From Bacilli bacterium (GTDB lineage Bacteria; Bacillota_I; Bacilli_A; ML615J-28; CAG-698), in assembly GCA_050953085.1 (NCBI GenBank), contig JBMNLX010000005.1, positions 65,800 through 129,799 of the forward strand: 64,000 nt of DNA, given 5' to 3'. The first letter of the stretch is position 1. Every line of letters begins with the position of its first letter. Positions 57,752-64,000 of the stretch are shown here, in pieces. A program made the translations under genes and the position numbers. Under the pieces are notes generated by a model. That model had not been told where the DNA came from. It did not search any database and worked only from the letters and a program-made list of their open reading frames with translations.

Positions 57752-57839
57752 GACTTCACCTTTTTCTATTACTTATGTATAGTATACCATTATATGGGGA
57801 AAAATAATATAGCAAATCATATAAAAAGGAGAAAATAAT

Positions 57840-58046
57840 ATGAATATTGATATCAGGCAAGCAGTAAAAAACAACTTAAACAATTCTTCATTCGAAGACG
57901 TCAAAAGCACAATTGTTGACGCGATGAATATCAAGGAAGAAAAAGTTCTCCCGGGTTTGGGCGCGCTTTTTGAAGTTTATTGGAAAAGCGTCGGGGAAGA
58001 AGAAAGAAACAAAATTGTGCAGACGATTACCGAAAAAATAAATTAA
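57840..58046 (+). CDS. sspI: Small acid-soluble spore protein SspI
   Basis: The sequence 'NIDIRQAVKNNLNNSSFEDVKSTIVDAMNIKEEKVLPGLGALFEVYWK' matches B. subtilis SspI closely. Confidence 0.8.
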   Translation: MNIDIRQAVKNNLNNSSFEDVKSTIVDAMNIKEEKVLPGLGALFEVYWKSVGEEERNKIVQTITEKIN

Positions 58047-58053
58047 TAAAAAA

Positions 58054-58087
58054 GGCTAGATTATTGGTTGATATCTAGCTTTTTTTA
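58054..58087. terminator. Bidirectional hairpin terminator between sspI and tkt
   Basis: The sequence is GGCTAGAT-N11-ATCTAGC followed by T7. It overlaps the tkt stop codon. Confidence 0.5.
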
Positions 58088-60048
58088 TTAACGGCGCGAA
58101 TAAATGCTTCAACAATATGATTAACGGTAAACCCGTAGCTTTCGATTAGCTGTTTGCCCGGAGCGCTGGCGCCGAAACGGTCGATGTTTATTAAGATCCC
58201 GGAAGGGCCGATGAACTTATGCCAATGAGCCCCCTCGCCCATCTCGATTGCGACTCTCGCCGTGGCGTTTTCCGGCAAAACCGAGTTTTGATACTCCCGT
58301 TCCTGCCGCGCGAAAAGATCGAGGCTGGGGATGCTCGCGACGCGAACGTCAAACCCTCTCGCAAGCAATTCGCGTTTCGCCTGCAACGCAAGTTGAACTT
58401 CCGATCCCGAGGCCATTAATATCCCGTCGATTGTTTTTTCCTCATAAGCGAGCACGTACCCGCCTTTACCAAAAGATGAAAACGCGACTCCGGGGGCGAC
58501 GTTGGGAACGGCTTGCCTTGTAAGAACGATTGCGGTCGGGGCGTTTTTATTTTCAAAAGCATAACGGAACGCGAGCTTAGTTTCATACCCGTCGGCCGGG
58601 CGGAACGTCGTCAAGTTGGGAACGCTTCTTAACATCGTCAGCTGCTCGACGGGCTGATGCGTTGGCCCGTCCTCGCCAACGGCGACCGAATCATGCGTGA
58701 AAACATAAATAACCGGTAGGCTCATCAACGCCGACATCCGTATCGCCGGTTTCATGTAATCGGAAAACACGAAAAACGTGCCGCACACCGGCCTTAACCC
58801 GTGCAACGCCAAACCGTTGCTGATCGCGCCCATGACATGCTCGCGAACGCCAAAATTAATATTTCTCCCGGTTCGGTTGCCTTCGCCGAAACTCCCGTCC
58901 GGTCCTTTGATTTTTGTTGAGGAGGAAAGATCGGCCGAACCGCCGATCAGGCCGGCGTGAATTTTACCGACCGCGTCAATAACCGCGCCCCCGTATTCGC
59001 GGGTCGCTTTCGCGTCGTCAGCGGAGACGGGGATAATTTCCTCAAAGTCAATCGTAAACTCGTCTTTTATTATTGACTCGAACAACGCGAATTCCTCGGG
59101 AAATTCTTTTTGATAATCCGTTTTTATCTTTTCCCAATCCCGGTATTTTTCCCGTCCGCGCTCGTACACCGCGCGACGGAAATAATCATAGACTTCCCGC
59201 GATACTTCGAAATGTTCCCCGCCGAGCGCCGCCCGCATTTTTTTCACGTCTTCCGCCGGAAGCGGGCTGCCGTGGCTCTTGTGCGAGCCAGCCAGGCTCG
59301 AGCCGACGCCGATAACCGTTTTAATCTCGATAATGGTCGGCCTGTCGCTTGCTTTCGCTTTAATGACGGCTTTCTCAATTTCGCTAATATTCTCACCGTC
59401 AGAGACGAGGATATGATTCCAACCCATCGCCCGGTATTTGCCGGCGACGTCTTCGCCGGTAGTATCTTTTACCGGCCCGTCCAATTGAATGTCGTTGGAA
59501 TCATAAAGAACAATTAGCCGAGACAGGCGCAAATGGCCGGCAAGGCTCATCGCTTCCTGCGTTACGCCTTCCTGCAAATCGCCGTCGCCGCATAAGACGT
59601 AAGTATAGTGATCGATTAAGGGCAAGCCCTCTTTGTTAAAACGGCCGCGCAAGTATTCCTCGGCAATCGCCATTCCGGTCCCGATTGCGATTCCTTGGCC
59701 GAGCGGACCGCTTGTGGAATCGACGCCGGGAGTGTCTCCGCGCTCGGGATGACCGGGGGTTATGCTTCCGAGTTGACGGAAGTTTTTCAAATCGGAGATC
59801 ATAATGCCGAAACCGGATAAATGCAGGATCGAATATAAAAGGGCGGAACCGTGGCCGGCCGCCATGACAAAGCGGTCGCGGTTAACCCAACGGTCATCGC
59901 CGGGAAACACGTTCATAATTTTGGTGTAAAGAGTATAAATAAGCGGCGCCGCGCCCAAAGCTATTCCCGGGTGCCCGGACTTGGCCTTGTGGACCTGTTC
60001 GACCGATAAAACCCTTAATGTTTCCAAGGCTTTCATCGTATCTTTCAT
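58075..60048 (-). CDS. tkt: Transketolase
   Basis: The TPP motifs 'SGHPGIALGAA' and 'GDGDLQEG' are present. It is full length at 657 aa. Confidence 0.95.
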   Translation of the reverse strand: MKDTMKALETLRVLSVEQVHKAKSGHPGIALGAAPLIYTLYTKIMNVFPGDDRWVNRDRFVMAAGHGSALLYSILHLSGFGIMISDLKNFRQLGSITPGHPERGDTPGVDSTSGPLGQGIAIGTGMAIAEEYLRGRFNKEGLPLIDHYTYVLCGDGDLQEGVTQEAMSLAGHLRLSRLIVLYDSNDIQLDGPVKDTTGEDVAGKYRAMGWNHILVSDGENISEIEKAVIKAKASDRPTIIEIKTVIGVGSSLAGSHKSHGSPLPAEDVKKMRAALGGEHFEVSREVYDYFRRAVYERGREKYRDWEKIKTDYQKEFPEEFALFESIIKDEFTIDFEEIIPVSADDAKATREYGGAVIDAVGKIHAGLIGGSADLSSSTKIKGPDGSFGEGNRTGRNINFGVREHVMGAISNGLALHGLRPVCGTFFVFSDYMKPAIRMSALMSLPVIYVFTHDSVAVGEDGPTHQPVEQLTMLRSVPNLTTFRPADGYETKLAFRYAFENKNAPTAIVLTRQAVPNVAPGVAFSSFGKGGYVLAYEEKTIDGILMASGSEVQLALQAKRELLARGFDVRVASIPSLDLFARQEREYQNSVLPENATARVAIEMGEGAHWHKFIGPSGILINIDRFGASAPGKQLIESYGFTVNHIVEAFIRAVNKKS

Positions 60049-60437
60049 TCCTTCTCCTTTATAAGCAATCGGTAAATATATGAAGCCCGGTCACCAAAAC
60101 TGCATTTCACGACATCGTCTACCAACAAGATGCCTTTCGCGCCAGTTTCTTTTAATTCCTCAACCAAGACTTTATCAATGTCCTTGACGCGGACGCTAAT
60201 CCGGCTTAATTCCCTGGTCACGCTTTCGATATTGTTCGCGCCGCCGTATAAGCGGTAAAACAATTCCTTTTGCGTGTTGTCCTTGTCGACGTCAATTTCT
60301 TGGGAGCGGGCCGCGGCCAACTTTCTTTTCTTTCTGATTGTCATTATCAAAGCATATACGATTAGCAACATTATCGGCACTATGCAAATCGCCAGGATAA
60401 TGATTGTCCAATCATCTACTGTAAGCGTAAAAATCAT
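60045..60437 (-). CDS. Membrane-anchored PTS EIIB-like domain protein lacking the phospho-cysteine
   Basis: It has an N-terminal TM helix. The segment 'LYGGANNIESVTRELSRISVRVKDIDKV...LKETGAKGILL' matches the glucose-type EIIB fold. The catalytic 'HCATRLR' is replaced by 'TRELSRIS', with Glu at the Cys position. Confidence 0.6.
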   Translation of the reverse strand: MIFTLTVDDWTIIILAICIVPIMLLIVYALIMTIRKKRKLAAARSQEIDVDKDNTQKELFYRLYGGANNIESVTRELSRISVRVKDIDKVLVEELKETGAKGILLVDDVVKCSFGDRASYIYRLLIKEKE

Positions 60438-60588
60438 ATAAAGTACTCCTTCATTTTTAATTTACTTAATTATAGCATTTTTTATCCCGTTTGTTAATAC
60501 ATTTGTTTTTTCATGATGGGATTATCGCTAATTCTTTACAATTCGCCTTCTTCATGATATAATTGTTTCAATATTAAAAAGGTGAGCT

Positions 60589-61431
60589 ATGGATATAATT
60601 GAGCTATTAAAATACTTGGCCTTAGGCCTTATTCAAGGGGTAACAGAGCCTTTGCCGGTTTCGTCAAGCGGGCACATGGTGATTCTGAATTCAATTTTCG
60701 GGGAAATCCTGTCGAGCGCCGATATGAATAACTTTCAGATTATCACCAATCTCGCCTCGCTTTTGGCCATTGTTTTTTATTACCGTCAACTAATCAAGCA
60801 AATCGCCGTGGGAAGTTGGCGGTACTTAATCAAAAAGGATAAAGAATATCAAGGTGATTTTAAATACTTGATTTATATTATAATCGCGACAATTCCGGCG
60901 GGAGTCATCGGTATTATAATAAAATTATTGGAACTAGATACCTATTACACCAATATAGTATGCGTCGGCATTTGTCTCTTTATAACCGGCAACTTGCTTT
61001 TGTACACCCACCGCGTCGCCCCGCACGCGGAAAGGGACGATATTACCCTGAAGGACAGTTTGTTGATGGGGGGCGCGCAGGTAATCGGTTTGTTGCCCGG
61101 AATCAGCCGATCCGGCGTCACGACATCCTTCGGCGTCGGAAACAAAGTAAAACTTGATAAAGCGTTTCGGTTTTCTTTTTTGATGTACATCCCGGCGAGC
61201 GTCGGCGCCGCCGCGATCGGCGTTTATGACCTTACAAAACTGAGTCATTCCGATAACGCCGTTTTTATTCCCGGATATATCGGAGCCTTTGTCGTCAGTT
61301 TGATCGCAACATACTTTGCGATATGGCTTTTCTTTAAGTTAATTAAAAACAGAAACCTGAAATATTTCGGCTATTACTGTCTGGCGGCGTCGCTCGTCGT
61401 TATGGCGCTCGTCGTCGCGGGAGTATTTTAA
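60589..61431 (+). CDS. uppP: Undecaprenyl-diphosphate phosphatase (UppP/BacA)
   Basis: The sequence 'GLIQGVTEPLPVSSSGHMVIL ... GISRSGVT' matches UppP. Confidence 0.9.
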   Translation: MDIIELLKYLALGLIQGVTEPLPVSSSGHMVILNSIFGEILSSADMNNFQIITNLASLLAIVFYYRQLIKQIAVGSWRYLIKKDKEYQGDFKYLIYIIIATIPAGVIGIIIKLLELDTYYTNIVCVGICLFITGNLLLYTHRVAPHAERDDITLKDSLLMGGAQVIGLLPGISRSGVTTSFGVGNKVKLDKAFRFSFLMYIPASVGAAAIGVYDLTKLSHSDNAVFIPGYIGAFVVSLIATYFAIWLFFKLIKNRNLKYFGYYCLAASLVVMALVVAGVF

Positions 61432-61466
61432 AAACCGGAAGCTCATTCGTTTGCTTCCGGTTTTTT
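61432..61466 (+). terminator. Rho-independent terminator of uppP
   Basis: The sequence is AACCGGAAGC-TCATTCGTTTG-CTTCCGGTT followed by T7. Confidence 0.6.
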
Positions 61467-61556
61467 TCTTTACCTTCACTTTCACTTATTAAATGACATA
61501 CAACCATACAATTATTAACCGGCCAACATATTCTATACTGAAAGTGAGGTGAATCA

Positions 61557-61961
61557 ATGACTCGAGAAAGATGCTCTTCCTTCCCCACATGCCGCAATTG
61601 CATCCATGATGTCGTGTTAAAAATCGATCAATTGCAAAAGGAGGCAATCCTTGAAGACGAGTGCGAAGGTTGCGAGAGCCCGTTGACAAAAAAACTTTTC
61701 AACACGAGACCTATTACTTTTTATCTTTGCAACGGGTCAGCGTTTACGGTCGAGATCCCGGAAACCACCGAGACCACAAGCGTATTCCGAATCGAGGAAC
61801 TAAGGGGCGATTGCGTCACTCTTAGGATTCTCAAGCAGTGCGGGCCGAAATTTATTTGTACAAATCATACAGTTATCCTTAATCTTTGCTGCGTTTGCGG
61901 ATTACAATGCTTCGATCCGATTTGCTGCGAAGAATGCAAAAGAAGATGCAAGCCCCACTAG
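61557..61961 (+). CDS. Cys-rich spore coat protein of the CotY/CotZ family
   Basis: It has 16 Cys in 134 aa. The segment 'CRNCIHDVVLKIDQLQKEAILEDECEGCESPL...SVFRIEELRGDCVTLRIL' parallels CotZ 'CVREAVENIEDLQ...CPTGC...FFRVERVHGSCATLSLL'. Confidence 0.6.
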   Translation: MTRERCSSFPTCRNCIHDVVLKIDQLQKEAILEDECEGCESPLTKKLFNTRPITFYLCNGSAFTVEIPETTETTSVFRIEELRGDCVTLRILKQCGPKFICTNHTVILNLCCVCGLQCFDPICCEECKRRCKPH

Positions 61962-62314
61962 AACCTGATTATTACAATATCAGTGATATTGTTTAAATAA
62001 ATCTCCTCTATGTTTTCTTCATCGGTTTTAATGAATAACTTGCGGTCTGTTTTTTTAAATGGAATACCGATAATTTCCTCTCCCTCACATACGATATTGC
62101 ATAATACCGGTCGGTTTTTGTGATACATTTCAATGATATTATTTAGCTTTCTTTCTTCCAGGAATTCCAGTTTTGATCTTGTTTTGACATTCCGCACTTT
62201 TTGTGTCCGGCTATCGAATATTTTTTGATGCGGGACTCCGTTTACCTGAGTGCTAACCGTGTTAATAAACATCAACGGACCATTGTCTTTAAGCAAAAAC
62301 ATCACCCTTATCAT
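61958..62314 (-). CDS. Hypothetical protein (118 aa)
   Basis: It is an ORF convergent with the coat-protein gene. I recognise no motif. Confidence 0.35.
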   Translation of the reverse strand: MIRVMFLLKDNGPLMFINTVSTQVNGVPHQKIFDSRTQKVRNVKTRSKLEFLEERKLNNIIEMYHKNRPVLCNIVCEGEEIIGIPFKKTDRKLFIKTDEENIEEIYLNNITDIVIIRF

Positions 62315-62340
62315 TATATGAGCGGGGTGATGTTTTCATT

Positions 62341-63111
62341 CTAATTTTTGTTTTTGCCGTATAACACGGCGAGTCCGTCAAGAATTAAGTTTTCGTCATA
62401 AATCGCCTTCTCTTCAAGAAAAGGAAAGATAATTTTCGCCTCGCCGCCGGTAATAACGACATTGATATCCTCGCCCATTTCCTTTTTGATTTTTCTGATG
62501 ATACCGTCGATCATCGAGGCCGTCCCGTAAATCATGGCGCTTTGGATGGAAGTCGCGGTATCCTTGCCGATAATGTGGGGAGGAACGTCAATTTTCACGC
62601 CTTCAAGTTTTGAGGTCTTTGAGACAAGATTGGAAAAAGAAGTGGAAATTCCCGGAGCGATAATCCCGCCGAGCAATTCTTTCTCCCGGTTTAAATAAAA
62701 GAATTTGATTGCCGTGCCCATGTCAATTACCAAAAGCGGCGCGCCGTATTTATTGTAACCGCCGACGATTCCCACCAAGATATCGGCGCCCAGCTGCTTG
62801 GGATGATCTATTTTAATCTTGATTCCCGTCTTTATGCCGGGTCCGACGAAAAGCGGCGTAATTCCGAGATATTTTATGACCGTCTTTTCAAACACGTGAT
62901 CAAGCTCGGGTACGACGCTTGATATTATCGCCCCGATAACCTGCCGGGAATCATACCCGTAAAACCGCAATATCTCAATCAATTTCACGCCGTACTCGTC
63001 GGCGGTTTGACGCGTATTGGTGTGAATGCGAAAACTGCCGATCAGCGTGTTTTTTCCGTCAATCAAACCGATAACGATATTAGTGTTGCCGATGTCAATT
63101 CCCAAAATCAT
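62341..63111 (-). CDS. coaX: Type III pantothenate kinase
   Basis: The N-terminus 'MILGIDIGNTNIVIGL' is present. A second ASKHA motif, 'VITGGEA', is present. Confidence 0.9.
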   Translation of the reverse strand: MILGIDIGNTNIVIGLIDGKNTLIGSFRIHTNTRQTADEYGVKLIEILRFYGYDSRQVIGAIISSVVPELDHVFEKTVIKYLGITPLFVGPGIKTGIKIKIDHPKQLGADILVGIVGGYNKYGAPLLVIDMGTAIKFFYLNREKELLGGIIAPGISTSFSNLVSKTSKLEGVKIDVPPHIIGKDTATSIQSAMIYGTASMIDGIIRKIKKEMGEDINVVITGGEAKIIFPFLEEKAIYDENLILDGLAVLYGKNKN

Positions 63112-63123
63112 ATACTATTACCT

Positions 63124-63681
63124 TCATGCGCGGGAATGATATTTTCCGTCGATGGTGCTGACGATAATTTTATCGCCGACCTCGATAAACAAGGGAACCA
63201 AAACCCGGTATCCCGTCTCCACAATCGCGTCCTTGGTTGCGTTGGCGGCGGTGTTACCTTTCACGCCGGGGGCGCATTCGATAACCTCGAGCGTCACCTT
63301 TTCCGGAAGTTGGACGCCTAAAATCTCGCCCTGGTAATCGATAATCGTAACCATCGTTCCTTCCAGGATAAAGTTTTTCTCATACTCGAGCATTCCCTTG
63401 GGAATATCGAACTGCTCGTACGTTTCCATGTCCATAAAGGACAAGTTCGTCCCGTCGTCATACAAATATTGGACCTTCTTTTTCTCGATGATCGCGCGAT
63501 TAACTTTCTCGTCGGCGTTGAAAGTATAATCAATCGTCGCCCCGGTCCGCAGGTTTTTTAATTTTGTCCGGACGAACGCCTGGCCCTTTCCCGGTTTAAC
63601 GTGTTGAAACTCAATAACTTGATAGATGTTTCCATCATATTCGATTGTAATGCCCGTTTTAAAATCATTTGTTGAAACCAT
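63124..63681 (-). CDS. efp: Elongation factor P
   Basis: The sequence 'MVSTNDFKTGITIEYDGNIYQVIEFQHVKPGKGQAFVRTKLKNLRTG' matches EF-P. Confidence 0.95.
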   Translation of the reverse strand: MVSTNDFKTGITIEYDGNIYQVIEFQHVKPGKGQAFVRTKLKNLRTGATIDYTFNADEKVNRAIIEKKKVQYLYDDGTNLSFMDMETYEQFDIPKGMLEYEKNFILEGTMVTIIDYQGEILGVQLPEKVTLEVIECAPGVKGNTAANATKDAIVETGYRVLVPLFIEVGDKIIVSTIDGKYHSRA

Positions 63682-63691
63682 AATTACCTCC

Positions 63692-64000
63692 TTAATCTAT
63701 TATTTCGATATCATAATGGGCCGTGAACTCTTCGAGCGTGTTCAATATCAACAAATTATCTTTTTTCATGAAATCATAATCGCTGTCGTAGCGGTCTCCG
63801 TAACCGATCCACGGTTCAAGGCAAACAAAAGGCGCTTGTTTCCCGGGGGGCGACCACACGGCGAAAGTGATGAACTGAGGAAAAGAAAAGCAAATCCCTT
63901 TGTCTTTTTTGTTCAATAGCTTAACTTTTTTTGATTTGACGCGCGGGATTATAATCGTGTCAATATCAAACAACCCGTAATCCAACCTTAACTCTTTTAA
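63692..64000 (-). CDS. Aldose 1-epimerase-family protein (C-terminal part; ORF remains open past the window end)
   Basis: The sequence 'WSPPGKQAPFVCLEPWIGYGD' is the C-terminal mutarotase-family motif. There is no in-frame stop upstream up to position 64000. Confidence 0.5.
   Translation of the reverse strand, partial: LKELRLDYGLFDIDTIIIPRVKSKKVKLLNKKDKGICFSFPQFITFAVWSPPGKQAPFVCLEPWIGYGDRYDSDYDFMKKDNLLILNTLEEFTAHYDIEIID

Noticed and set aside
57760-57839. Sigma-G promoter for sspI
   Set aside because: CATTATA and CATATAA -10-like elements are present. I could not pair either with a correctly spaced GnATA -35, so I do not annotate it.
1-64000. CRISPR arrays, tRNA/rRNA genes, transposases/integrases, prophage genes
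   Set aside because: I found no spaced direct-repeat arrays, no cloverleaf-like conserved RNA segments in intergenic regions and no transposase or integrase-like ORFs. The intergenic regions are short and are explained by promoters and terminators.

Overview
This 64 kb window looks like chromosomal DNA from a low-GC, endospore-forming Firmicute. Sporulation genes are present (spoIIID, spoIIR, sspI, a CotY/CotZ-like coat protein), and gene order partly matches two Bacillus subtilis regions: the prfA-prmC ... spoIIR-ywlC-rpiB-upp block and the origin-proximal dnaC-rplI-gdpP / rpsF-ssb-rpsR block. Almost every gene is on the minus strand. Housekeeping content includes comEA/comEC, recD2, mnmA, uvrB, yhaM, a CCA-type nucleotidyltransferase, release factor 1 and its methyltransferase, the replicative helicase, transketolase, efp, coaX and several peptidases. 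There is also an exopolysaccharide cluster encoding a CapD-like dehydratase, a priming sugar transferase, three GT4 glycosyltransferases and a Wzy-like polymerase. I found no rRNA, tRNA, CRISPR array, transposase or integrase. The most interesting region is a small AT-rich accessory islet (about 49.9-53.6 kb) carrying an unusual toxin-antitoxin pair: an MqsR-family toxin followed by an antitoxin that joins an MqsA-like zinc-ribbon/HTH module to a C-terminal Panacea (DUF4065) domain, flanked by a patatin-like phospholipase and an HExxH protein. Other notable items are a P-type ATPase with a C-terminal sevenfold 'WxLNGxxT' repeat domain, a gdpP-rplI pair with no stop codon between them, tandem giant PrsA-N-like lipoprotein paralogs around an MBL-fold gene, a likely homopolymer frameshift at the 5' end of the EPS polymerase gene, a divergent Cca-like enzyme with a coiled-coil tail, and a degenerate ABC ATPase/permease pair.
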